The notes: generated by a model from the sequence alone, not told the origin. DNA of 64,000 bases from Octopus sinensis (GCF_006345805.1 NC_043020.1:26412001-26476000), one strand, 5' to 3'; numbered from the stretch's first letter, positions 38,833-51,354 are shown. Made by a program: numbers and translations.

Positions 38833-39390
38833 TGTATGTATGTACGTATGTACGTATGTGTGTATGTATGTATGTATGTATATGTATGTATATGTGTGTG
38901 TGTGTGCATCTGTATGTATGTATCCTGTATATTCATGTGCTTGCATGTCTGTGTTTGTATATTTTTCTATGTGTGTGTGTGTGAGCGTGTGTTTGTATAT
39001 GTATGCACCTCTGTCTCCTTGTGTGTGCATGTCTGTCTGTGTGTCTGTCTGTTTTCACAAGTTTTGAGTTAAAATCTTCCACCAAACCTTAGTCACAATT
39101 TATGTTCATAACACTAGCTTAATGGTAACTAAGTTATTTTACTAAATTCTTTATTATATCTTAAATAATTAAGAGAAACACAGAATATCTCAAAATAAAT
39201 ACAGTAACGAAAGGGTTAACACTGTTGTTGAGATCAAAAGTGAATCGACAAAGGACCTTGACAGGAACACTGGGACCAGTGTATTGATGTGCAAGGTGAC
39301 TATTTTTAAAATGGGGGATGTTAAAACTTAGGTAAATAAGTCATTTTTGATTAAACATAATTAGTCCGGAAACTTTTTGATACCACCTCA
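37732..39390 (+). mobile_element. Decayed mariner (DD34D-type) with both TIRs and TA target duplication, interrupted by nested insertions
   Basis: EQRASMEFCIK..GKSATQILGMLWQAYGDEAM, PYSPDLAPLHFHLFLKVK, and after the insertion TVVEIKSES..WDQCIDVQGDYF; TIRs TA|TAAGGTGGTATC...GGACTA and TAGTCCGG...GATACCACCTCA|TA. Confidence 0.85.
38432..39219. mobile_element. TTAA MITE nested in the mariner, itself interrupted at 38502-39050
   Basis: The MITE 5' part ends gttttcataa (38492-38501) and resumes after gttttcacaa (39051-39060). Confidence 0.8.
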
Positions 39391-39555
39391 TATTTTCTAT
39401 TTAGATATTTGTTGATAATTCAACAGTGATGGATCTCATTCATATCCTCATTTGAGATTTTTCTCCTGATGAGGATATGATTAAGAATGAAACGGAGGAT
39501 TCTGAGACAAATGACTCCCACATGAGTCAACATCCAAATTATATATATATATATA

Positions 39556-39697
39556 TAGGCGCAGGATTGGCTCTGTGGTAAGTAGCTTGTTTACCAACCA
39601 CATGGTTCCGGGTTCAGTCCCACTGCGTGGCACCTTGGGCAAGTGTCTTCTACTATAGCCTCGGGCCGACCAAAAGCCTTGAAAGAAGCCTGTTGTA

Positions 39698-39737
<40 letters not shown>

Positions 39738-41010
39738 TGTGTGTGTTTGTGTATCTATGTTTGTCCCCCTAGCATTGCTCGACAACCGATGCTGGTGTGT
39801 TTATGTCCCTGTCACTTAGCGGTCGGCAAAAGAGACCGATAGAATAAGTACTGGGCTTACAAAAGAATAAGTCCCGGGTCGATTTGCTCGACTAAAGGCG
39901 GTGCTCCAGCATAGCCGCAGTCAAATGACGGAAACAAGTAAAAGAGTATATAGGCGCAGGAGTGGCTCTGTGGTAAGTAGCTTGTTTACCAACCACATGG
40001 TTCCAGGTTCAGTCCCACTGTGTGGCACCTTAGGCAAGTGTCTTCTACTACAGCCTTGGGCCAACCAAAGCCTTGTAAGTGGATTTGGTAGATGGAAACT
40101 GAAAGAAGCCTGTCGTATATATGTATATATATATATGCGTGTGTCTGTTTGTGTATCTATGTTTGTCCCCCTAGCATTGCTTGACAACCGATGCTGGTGT
40201 GTTTATGTCCCCGTTACTTAGCGGTTCGGCAAAAGAGAACGATAGAATAAGTACTGGGCTTACAAAAGAATAAGTCCCGGGGTCGAGTTGCTCAATTAAA
40301 GGCAGTGCTCCAGCATGGCCACAGTCAAATGACTGAAACAAGTAAAAGAGTGAAAGAGATATATATATATATTATATATATATATATGCGTGTGTGTGTT
40401 TGTGTATCTATGTTTGTCCCCCTAGCATTGCTCGACAACCGATGCTGGTGTGTTTATGTCCCCGTCACTTAGCGGTTTGGCAAAAGAGACCGATAGAATA
40501 AGTACTGGGCTTACAAAGAATAAGTCCCGGGGTCGATTTGCTCGACTAAAGGCGGTGCTCCAGCATAGCCGCAGTCAGATGACGGAAACAAGTAAAAGAG
40601 TATATAGGCGCAGGAGTGGCTCTGTGGTAAGTAGCTTGTTTACCAACCACATGGTTCCAGGTTCAGTCCCACTGTGTGGCACCTTAGGCAAGTGTCTTCT
40701 ACTACAGCCTTGGGCCAACCAAAGCCTTGTAAGTGGATTTGGTAGATGAAACTGAAAGAAGCCTGTCGTATATATGTATATATATATATGCGTGTGTCTG
40801 TTTGTGTATCTATGTTTGTCCCCCTAGCATTGCTTGACAACCGATGCTGGTGTGTTTATGTCCCCGTTACTTAGCGGTTCGGCAAAAGAGAACGATAGAA
40901 TAAGTACTGGGCTTACAAAAGAATAAGTCCCGGGGTCGAGTTGCTCAATTAAAGGCAGTGCTCCAGCATGGCCACAGTCAAATGACTGAAACAAGTAAAA
41001 GAGTGAAAGA
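39556..41010 (+). mobile_element. Head-to-tail array of SINE A copies including a near-identical 653-bp tandem duplication
   Basis: 39735-40387 and 40388-41010 are almost identical. Confidence 0.9.
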
Positions 41011-41889
41011 GAGATATATATATATTTGTGTATGTGTGCGTGTGTGTTTAACTACGTTTATTTACGTATTTCATATAACTCACTTTTGAATTTTCAAGGC
41101 TTAAGTCATTCTCGTTAGTGAAGCAGTCTCATTAGTAGAGCAGCTGTAGCTAGCCTTAACCTTGTTTCTGTTAAAGAATTTGCAGAACTTATGTTCTCGA
41201 GGGAAATGTTTAATTAAGTTGAAAACTGGTCTGGTGACGTTAGAATTCACATGAAGCAAATGTGGTTGTGTGGGGATGAATTTTGTTTTGGAATTCTTTT
41301 TGTCTGGCTCTGATTCCAATATATTGCACTTTGTTCATATATTTCTATCAGGAATAAGAAATGTCTTGGGAGTGAAATTTGATAGGTAGAAGCTGTTCAC
41401 AAACTGCTGTGTGTTTGTGCATGTGTGTGTGTGTGTGTGCCAGTAATCTATGATTATAAATTTAAAATATTATTTAGACCCATGCATGGCTGTGTGGTTA
41501 AGCAGTTTGCTTTCAAATTGTCTTCATGTCAAATAGCCCATCATGCTCAAAAGGTCACTGAATAAGGGTTGTTTGAGATTGATGAATGAAACACCCATGT
41601 TTCCAGGGGGTGAATTATTCAAACCCCAAAGAATTCCTCCCAACACATGGCTATAATGCTCCCCCACTACTTCTGGTCATGATCAGAGATGCACATATTG
41701 TCAGCCACTAAGGGACATGGTCAACTGGTTACAGTCAAATGACTGACAAGTAAATCTGTGGTATTGAGCAGAATATTTGCTGTAGCCCATCTTTTATACC
41801 AAAACAAAACAATGTACATGATAACTCTTCCAATCAGTTCAGATCGGAAGACATGAGAGCCACTTCCTGGTACTGCATCAGAGCATTTA

Positions 41890-41930
<41 letters not shown>

Positions 41931-43152
41931 GGTAAGGCGGCGAGCTGGCAGAAATGCTAGCATACTGGGCAAAATGCTTAGCAGTATTTTTCTGGTTTTA
42001 CAATCTGAGTTCAATTTCCGTTTTCATCCTTTCGGGATCAATAAATTAAGTACCAGTTATGTATTGGGGTCGATCTAGTCGTCTGGTCCTCCCCTCACCA
42101 AAACTTTCGGGCTTTGTGCGGAGAGTAGAAAATATTTTTATTATTATTGGTGGTTGTTACAATGTTGAGGAAATGTTTCTGGTATTTGATACAGCTCTTC
42201 ATGCTTGGAGTTCAAATCCCATTGAAGCCAACTTCGCATTTCCACCCTTTGGGGGTTGATGGATGCTGGATTAGATGTAGCTGACTAGCCCCTCCCCCAC
42301 CAATCAGGAGACTTTGAACCTATATTAGAAACAATTATTATTCTTATTCTTTGTTTTTTTTGCTTCAGTTGTTATTGATTGTCATAGCAACAGATGAGAT
42401 TTAATTTCATACAATAATCAATGATGAAATATATATATATTCTCATATAACTAGTATCATGATATTGTAATAGAGTATAAGTTACATTTTATGTATATAT
42501 ATATATGTATATATATATATGAATATATATAATGTAGGAGTAGCTGTGTGGTAAGTAGCTTGCTTTCCAACCACATGGTTCCGTTTTCAGTCCCATTGTG
42601 TTATACCTTGGGCAAATGTCTTCTACTATAGCCTTGGGCCAACCAAAATTCTTGTGAGTGGATTTGGTAGATGGAAACTGAAAGAAGCCTGTTGTATATG
42701 TATGTATGTATGTATGTATGTGTGTGTAGATGTTTGTGTGTCTATGTTTGCCCCCCCCCCCCCACATCGCTTGACAACCGATGCTGGTGCATTTATATCC
42801 CTGTAACTTAGCTGTTGGGCAAAAGACTCTGATAGAATAAGAACTAGGCTTACAAAGAATAAGTCCTGGAGTTGATTTGCTCGACTGAAGGCGGTGCTCC
42901 AGGATGGCCACAGTCAAATGACTGAAACAAGTAATAGAATAAATGAATAAAATAATGTATATATCTATATATATATATATATATACATACATACACACAC
43001 ACACACATATATATATATATATGTATATACACACACGTGCATGCATGCATCCATATTTAGGCACAAATACACACACACTGGTATATGTACATTCATACAC
43101 ATATAAACATACAAATAGATATATAATATATATACATGTGTGTGTGTGTATG

Positions 43153-43183
<31 letters not shown>

Positions 43184-43494
43184 ACACACACGCACATAAA
43201 CACAGACAGAGAGAGGGGAGAGAGTGTGGTGGGCCAGTCTTCAAAAATGGACTCACCCAACATGGCAACAAGGCAACAGCTGTTCAGCATAGCTCCACAT
43301 GTCAGCAATGTTTGAGTGCTAAAAGGGGTGCGAAAGAGTAGGGGCTTCATAGTTCCCCCACCTCTGCGTCCCCATCGCCCCGCACCTTCATCTCTTGTCA
43401 GGCTTCAGCATTCAACACTAACAGACATGTATGTAAAAACTGTGGGTTATTCTTTAGCATTTAAACTGGCCATATCCGGCCCAAATATTCCAAT

Positions 43495-43870
43495 ATGGTG
43501 TGAAAGCAAGAAAGATGTTAATCTGGTCAAGTTAACGGTTCCTTGTAAAGATAATATGAACGCCGCTCGGGCTCGAAAGATTGACCGTTATGTAAACCTC
43601 CTCGAGGAATGTGAAGACGCAGGCTGGAAAGCGGAGGATTTTCCCATCAAAGTCAGATGTAGCGGGTTTGTTGGACACAGTGTGAGACGACTGTTGTTAT
43701 CGTTAGGCCCAACTCATTGTAAAGTCAATACCAACTTGACCGATATCCAAACTATAGTGGAAAAGGCTAGCCCCTGGATTTGGTTAAAAAGAGACGATAA
43801 GCGATGGCTAGAGAAATATTGAGCTTTATTTGATAACCAGTTCATCTTGCAAGCAGGGCCTCATATCATA
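43495..43870 (+). mobile_element. 3' end of a restriction-like-endonuclease non-LTR retrotransposon (Hero/NeSL/R2-like)
   Basis: IWCESKKDVNLVKLTVPCKDNMNAARARKIDRYVNLLEEC...FPIKVRCSGFVGHS...EKASPWIWLKR matches the REL pattern PDIV.WS....V...ELTVP.E......RK..KY..L....PIEVG.RGF...EKAS.WLW.KR. Confidence 0.8.
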
Positions 43871-44011
43871 TATATATGATGGGCTTCTTTCAGTTTCCGT
43901 CTACCAAACCTGCCCATAAGGCTTTGGTTAGCCTGAGGTTATAGTAGAAGACACTTGCCTAAGGTGCCACGCAGTGGCCTAAAAGTATCTATAAAAGTAG
44001 TTTTTAGTTCT

Positions 44012-44418
44012 TTAACCTTTAAACCAGACAGCCCTATCCATCTCAAACTAGCCAGATCTGTTCTCTTACACCTACCCTACAATGCCATTCTAAAGACAAA
44101 CAATCGCATCATTCAAATCTCAAGTCTATGAGACAATGCAGGATTAATTCAAAAGAATGTAAAAAAAGCATTATATTTGAAAGAATAATCTAAATGCTAA
44201 AGTGTTAAACTAGCCATATCTGGCCCAAATATTCTTCTTGTTTTATGTTCAGAGCAGCCAGATCCAGCCTTTCATACCTACCCTACAATGTCTTTTTAAA
44301 AATTAACAATTACATCATCAGAACCTTGAAAGCATGAGATAATGCAGGGTTAATTCAAAACCCTATGAACGAATAAGCATTAACATTTGACAGGATAATC
44401 TGAATGCTAAGGGATTAA
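44012..44418. mobile_element. Two tandem copies of a second TTAA-bounded MITE family (~200 bp)
   Basis: Shared cctaccctacaatg...ataatctgaatgctaa(a)g.gttaa; junction at TTAA 44205-44208; a fragment also at ~43450-43495. Confidence 0.65.
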
Positions 44419-45600
44419 AAACAAATGGCTAATAAGGGGGTGGGCAGCAGGATAAAATGGTAATCAAAGGGGTCCATAGATTAAAAAAAAAAGGGGGGTT
44501 GAGAATTATAGGGTTAGAGTATAAGACCAGGTGTTGTAACAGAATAGATTCCTTGGTGTAAAGAACCTACAAGACTCCTCATGTTAACTAACGAGAAGAT
44601 TCAAGGGTGGATGCACACCATGTCACACAGACCCATTGCTAGGGGAAAGGGTTACCCCCCACTCCCGTTTTATCCAATAACTACCCTCCCCTCTTCCCCC
44701 ACAGCACTTAAATATAGAGAGTGCTTGATAGATAGTTTGGTGAGCAGAAAGGTAGGTAGCAAGATAGGTAGACAGGTAGGCTGGCAGTGAGGCAAGTAGG
44801 TAGATGGGTAGGTAAGGAGCATAGGTAGATGGCGAACAGGGTGGAGGTACCTGCAATCTGAACAATCACAAATTATCTGCTCTTCTTATCTTTATTATTA
44901 CAAGTACTTATGGTTAAAGAAAGGGTGGGTTTTACATATTTTTATGCCTGTATGCATGTGTACATATGCTTATGTGTGAACGTGTGTGTATATATATATA
45001 TGTATATATATATACATATATATGTATATATATACACACACACATATATATACACACACACGCACACACACATATATATATCCACACACAATTATTTATA
45101 ATTATATGTTTTGTATGAGTGTGTATATATATATATAGGTGCAGGAGTGGCTGTGTGGTAAGTAGCTTGCTTACCAGCCTCATGGTTCCGGGTTTAGTCC
45201 CACTGCGTGGCACCTTGGGCAAGTTTTGGGATTTGGTTTGCAAGATTCTTTATGTAAGTTCGTGTGTTGAAGCATATTCTGTTGGGAGAGTCATATGTCT
45301 GGGGAGAGTAATTTTCTTTTTGCGCCTTTATAATAATGTAACACACTCACCGGTAAAATTTCCACCGTGTTAGTGCTTGTGTCTCCTACCAGAGAGAGAA
45401 ATATATATAATCATGCCAAAACTAGCCCCACCTGCACTAGTGCCATGTAAAAAGCACTGAGTCCACTTTGCAGAGAGGTTGGTGTTAGGAAGGGCATCCA
45501 GCTGTAAAAACCCTATCAAAACAGAGTAGCATTGGGTAGTTTTTCTACCTGGCCAGCTCTTGTAAACTGTCCTACCCATGCATGCATGGAAGATGGATGT

Positions 45601-45868
45601 TATTTACATTTGACGGATATTTGTCCCCGTCTTGTTTGTTGTTAACACAGTTTTTCGGCTGATATACCCTCTAGCCTTCTTCAGGTGTCTTGGGGAAATT
45701 TCGAACCTGGGTTCTCATTCCTAAGGTATTTTTTGATATCATCATCATCATCATCATTATTATTATCCAGGTCACTGCCTGGAATCGAACTTGCCACGAG
45801 CATATGGCATAGTGGTTAAGAGTGCAGGTTACAAACCCCAAGATTCTGAGTTTGATTCAAGGTGTTTA

Positions 45869-45912
<44 letters not shown>

Positions 45913-46048
45913 TCAAAAAATACCTTAGGAATGAGAACCCAGGTTCAAAATTTCCTCAAGACACCTGATGAAGGCTGAAAGGGTATATCAACTGAAATGT
46001 TATGCTGACAACAAACAAGATGAGGACGAATATCCATCAAATGTAAAT
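45601..46048. mobile_element. Inverted pair of a tRNA-headed SINE-like element with a hammerhead motif in its 3' part (family H5)
   Basis: Plus copy: A-box tggcatagtggttaag and B-box-like gagtttgattc (~45800-45860), (AAT)n, then ACAC-CTGATGA-A-GGCTGA..TCAACT-GAAA-TG-T-T (45961-46005). Minus copy 45601-45791: ACAC-CTGAAGA-A-GGCT..AGCC-GAAA..TGTGT. Confidence 0.7.
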
Positions 46049-46072
46049 GATGAAGATGATTCATAATATATA

Positions 46073-46118
<46 letters not shown>

Positions 46119-46402
46119 CTTTGTTTATCCCGCTCTTGTTAAATATGAACTGAACAAGAGCTGGCAGGTGACCAAAATTGCGATGGATGTTAAAGCATGG
46201 TGGTACTCAAACAGGTCATCTAAACACGACATATACAGATCAACTCAGTGGAGACACCAGATCTCTCCTCCAAGCACTTCCCTCAACTAATACAGGACGA
46301 AGGTGGATGACAGGTGGAGGTTAAAAATGTCCAAGGAAGCCCAGCCAAATGATGATGATGAAGATGATTATTATTATTATCATTATTATTATTATTATTA
46401 TT

Positions 46403-46887
46403 GAGTGAGAGAGCAGTGCATGCCATCAAAGTGACACTGGGGTAAAATATACAAAACCCAGTATACCCATCATGAGTACCCGTCCGATAAGGGTACACCA
46501 GGCACATGCCTCACAACCATATATGCGTGACATGGCGATCTCATATCAAGATAAACAGTGCATGACCTTGCAGGTGGGCCCAGTTAGAATTTTCTTCTGG
46601 TCAAGTAACCCATCCCGCTCAAAAGGTCCCTGAATATGGGTTGTTTAAGGATGTTGAATGACACACCCATGTTTCCAGAGGTGAATTATTTAAACTCCAA
46701 AGAATCCCTCTCAACACATCGCTATGATGCTCCCCAACTACTTCTGCTCGTGATCAGAGATGCACATATCGTCAGCCACTAAGGGACATGCTCAACTGGT
46801 TATGGTCAAACAACTGACAAGCAAATCTGTGGTATTGAGCAGAATAGTTGCTGTAGGCCATCTTTTATACCAAGACAAAACAATGTA
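46403..46887. mobile_element. Family D repeat (~550-bp consensus) embedded in (ATT)n
   Basis: gagtgagagagcag(t)gcatgccatcaaa...; homologous copies at 41528-41887 and 55310-55682. Confidence 0.75.
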
Positions 46888-47341
46888 ATTATTATTATTA
46901 TTGTTATCATTATTATCATTATTATCATCATAATAATCATCATTATTATTATTATCATTATCATTATTATTATTATATATACCAGAATATAATAGATGTT
47001 AGAAGTACCTGGGTAGATTACCGAGATTATCCTGAGCTGGTTTATTTCAGTGTTTTACAGTAGACTGTTGAGAAGGATAACCTTATGTAAGAGATGACGA
47101 AAAGCGTTCTGGTGCCAAAAGCTATCTGCATGTGTGTATGCAATATTGTGTGTGTGTATGTGTATGTTTGTGAAGTGTGTGTGTGTGTGTGTCTTGTGTG
47201 TCTATATTTATATATACATACACAAATACATGTGCGTCTTTTATTCTCACCTCTGTGTGTATGTATGTATGTATATGTGTGTGTATATATATGTGTGTAT
47301 ACACATGAAGTCTGTTTGTCTGTCGGTGTGTCTCTCTCTCA

Positions 47342-47382
<41 letters not shown>

Positions 47383-47544
47383 GTGTGATGAAATGATTGT
47401 GTATGAGGGGAGGAGGTACTTTTCTAAAGTGGGGAGATGGTGGTGGTTGTGGGGGGAGAGTATAGAATGTAAGGTGATACTATAAAGGGATAACAGCTTA
47501 AAAGGTCAATGGTAAGAGTATGTATCTGTGTAGCATCATCATCA

Positions 47545-47553
47545 TTTTATTTA

Positions 47554-47611
<58 letters not shown>

Positions 47612-48012
47612 ATTGTATATATATATGTTTATATATATAGTATATATATGTGATTGTATATATATATGTGATTGTATATATATATGTTTATATATATATA
47701 TGTATATATATATGTGATTGTATATATAAATGTGATTGTATATATATATATGTTTATATATATATGTATATATAAATGTGATTGTATATATATATATGTA
47801 TATATATATGTGATTGTATATATATATTGTATATATATATATGTATATATATATGTGATGTATATATATATGATTATTATATAGTATATATATAGTGATT
47901 GATATATATGTGATTGTATATATATGTGATGTAATATAAATGTGATTGTATATATGTTTATATAGATATGTGATTGTATATATATATGTGTATATAGATA
48001 TGTGATTGTATA

Positions 48013-48059
<47 letters not shown>

Positions 48060-48130
48060 GTGATTATATATATATGTGGTTGTGTGTGTGTATATATATA
48101 TGTATATATATATATATACATATATGTATA
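47545..48130. repeat. (TA)n block punctuated by a recurring tgtgattgta motif
   Basis: Direct inspection. Confidence 0.9.
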
Positions 48131-49288
48131 TAGAGTGGAAAACATTTTCCCCAAGATGGAACTGAACCTAGACTCATGTGATTGGGAAGCAAGCTTCTAA
48201 CCACACATCCACACCTGTCTATCTGTCTATATATATCATCATCATCGTTTAGCGTCCGCTTTCCATGCTAGCATGGGTTGGACGGTGCAACTGGGGTCTG
48301 GGAAACCAGAGGGCTGCACCAGGCCCAGTCTGATCTAGCAAAGTTTCTACAGTTGGATGCCCTTCCTCACGCCAACCACTCCGTGAGTGTAGTGAGTGCC
48401 ACTGGCACAGGTGCCAGGCGAGGCTGGCAATGGCCATGATCGGATGGTGCTTTAGGTGCAGGAGTGGTTCAATAGGTACAGGAGTTGCTGTATTGTAAGT
48501 AGCTTGCTTATGAACCACATGGTTCCAGGTTCAGTCCCAGTGCATGACACCTTGGACAAGTGTCTTCTACTATAGCCTTGTGCCGACCAAAGCCTTGTGA
48601 GTGGATTTGGTAGAGAGAAACTGAGCATCCAGCCCATGCTAGCATGGAAAGCGGACGTTAAACGATGATGATAATGCACCAAAATCTTTTAAGTGCTTAC
48701 AGCCTCTATGGGTCTTAATCCAGCCCTGAGTACCAGATCTGCAAATAAAATCAGTACCAGGGTGGATTTATTCAGCTAAACCCTTGAAGGCAGTGCTCCA
48801 GCAAGGCCACAATCCAATGATTGAAACTAGTTAAATATAAATATAGCACTTTCAGCACTACATGTTCACTTAAGTTCTTTTTCTGCCCTTCGCATGTCGT
48901 CCCCACTCACTTGCCATGTTTCTCAGCCATGCAACATCACACTTCATACATAAATGTCATGGAATCTGCCCTTCATTTGCAGAAAAGAATCTTTTTTGTT
49001 CCCAGATGAGGTAACAGCGCCACGAAATTGGTATGCCGAGCTCTTATACTGGTTACTATGATACTATGCTATCACAATGTATGTTTGTTTGTTTGTGTGT
49101 GTACATACACACATAAATGCATACATGCACATATATATATATATATATAATATATATATACATATAAATGTATACATATAAATACATACACAAACACACA
49201 CACACAAACATCCATCAGTAACACTCTGACATTCAACTTAGTTATTCTACATAAATATATTTATATATGTGTATATGTATATCTTTAC

Positions 49289-49321
<33 letters not shown>

Positions 49322-49490
49322 GATTTTATAGATATGCACGCATAAAATATTTGTGGGATATAGACCACTCTCTTTATTTATTTTATTTTATATATATATA
49401 TATACATATATATATACACACATTTATATATATATATACATATATATACACACATATATATATATATAACACATATATGTAACAACACAC

Positions 49491-49534
<44 letters not shown>

Positions 49535-49594
49535 CACACGTATATGATATGCGTACATATATGTATTTATAGATTCGTGTATCAAATGTGTGTG

Positions 49595-49625
<31 letters not shown>

Positions 49626-49878
49626 TTACACACACACATATATATATTTTTCATTTTGAGCGTGTGTATTTGAAGAGATTTGAGCGGGGACTGATATTAG
49701 CAACAAACACTTCTTGTTATCAGCCATAATAGTTTACATTCTCCAGTTATCTCCAAACTCTTTGCATATTTTACTTCTCTCTGTGACTGGAAGCAGTTTA
49801 TTTATTATGCTTGTATATATATAAAAATTATCTATCAGATTGCTTCTGCGTGTATTTATATAAACATGCATGCCTTCC

Positions 49879-49909
<31 letters not shown>

Positions 49910-50327
49910 TTGTATATATATATATACTCTTTCACTATTTTAATCTTTTACTTGTTTCAGTCATTTGACTGTGGCCATGCTGGAGCACCGCCTTTAGTCG
50001 AGCAAATCGACCCTAGGACTTATTCTTTGTAAGCCTAGTACTTATTCTATCGGTGTCTTTTGCCTAACCATTAAGTTACGGGGACATAAACACACCAGCA
50101 TTGGTTGCCAAGCAATACTAGGGGGACAAACACACACACACACACATATATATATACATATATACGACAGGCTTCTTTCAGTTTCCATCTACCAAATTCA
50201 CTCACAAGGCTTTGGTCGGCCCGAGGCTATAGTAGAAGACACTTGCCCAAGATGCTACGCAGTGGGACTGAACCCAGAACCACGTGGCTGGTAAGCAAGC
50301 TACTTACCACACAGCCACTCCTTTGCC

Positions 50328-50362
<35 letters not shown>

Positions 50363-50874
50363 TATAATGTCTGCTGTTCATTCATTTTATATGTTTTTCC
50401 TTGCTGGCATGGGTTACATGAATATATTATCAAGACATTGCTTTACAAGCGGATGCCTTTGCTGTCACTCACCTTTGTTTCCAAGCAAGGTATCCTTTAT
50501 GCTATTTGTCACATGAAGATGCAAAACCAGTGGACAAATATTTCTGACAGGGATATTGCCAACAACATCACACTGCTCTCGTACCTCAATGATTTTTTGA
50601 GAATTGCATATGTAAAAACAGAGAAACATATGGATATTTTCGCTCAGAAATACGTAGAGAGTATTCTCATTTGTTTTTTGTATCAATCCCTTCTATTGCC
50701 AACAATTGCTATTTCTCTCTTTTAAATGTAAAGAAGCTTTCTTTATTGCATGTAAGATTAAAGCCTCTAATCTGGTTGGTCAAAGGCTTGAGGATCACTT
50801 TGGTGCAATGGATTTGGCAGACGGAAACTGAAAGAAGCCCGCCATATGTGTATATATATATATATATATATATG

Positions 50875-51000
50875 TATGCTTTATAAGCAGCAAAAATATC
50901 ACAAAAACTGTTACTCAGAGTTTCACGTTCCGACAAATGGGAACATGAAACTTTGAGTAACATTTTTTGCGATATTTTTGCTGCTTTTTAATAAAGCATA
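50875..51000. repeat. Fold-back inverted repeat (~57-62-bp arms) centred on a decayed hammerhead
   Basis: tatgctttat..aagcagcaaaaatatc(a)caaaaa.tgttactca.agtttca.gttcc is mirrored by 50939-51000. Confidence 0.85.
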
Positions 51001-51319
51001 TTACTCTACCTCTGGTATTTGAATACTCTTTTTTCCACCTTGTTTTGCCTTTATGCACTTACTCTAGTATATATATAGGTAGATGTTTGTGTGTTTGTTT
51101 TGTTCCCCCACGATTGCTTGACAACTGATGTTGGTGTGTCTAATTCCCCATAACTTAGTAGTTCAGCAAAATATAACTGAAAAAATGTCATGGGGTCAAA
51201 TTGTTTGACTAATGGCAGTGCTCCAGCATGGCTGCAGTCAAATGACTAAAGCACCACATGTGTACTGTTGGCGATTTTTTATCCTACGTCTTCCCTTCCT
51301 TGGATCTTTCCTTTTCTAT

Positions 51320-51354
51320 GTTTCTGACGAAGAGCTCCGCTCGAAACGTTAAAC
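51320..51354 (+). ncRNA. Apparently intact minimal type-I hammerhead ribozyme (family H3 copy 51255-51448)
   Basis: GTTT-CTGACGA-A-GAGC(TCC)GCTC-GAAA-CG-T-T-AAAC: complete core, 4-bp stem I, 4-bp stem II, palindromic ACGT stem III. Confidence 0.7.

Noticed and set aside
45798-45862. tRNA genes at SINE heads (also 1-64, 54283, 54431 and family A heads)
   Set aside because: A/B boxes are present but there is no convincing cloverleaf or acceptor stem, and each head is fused to a repeat body.
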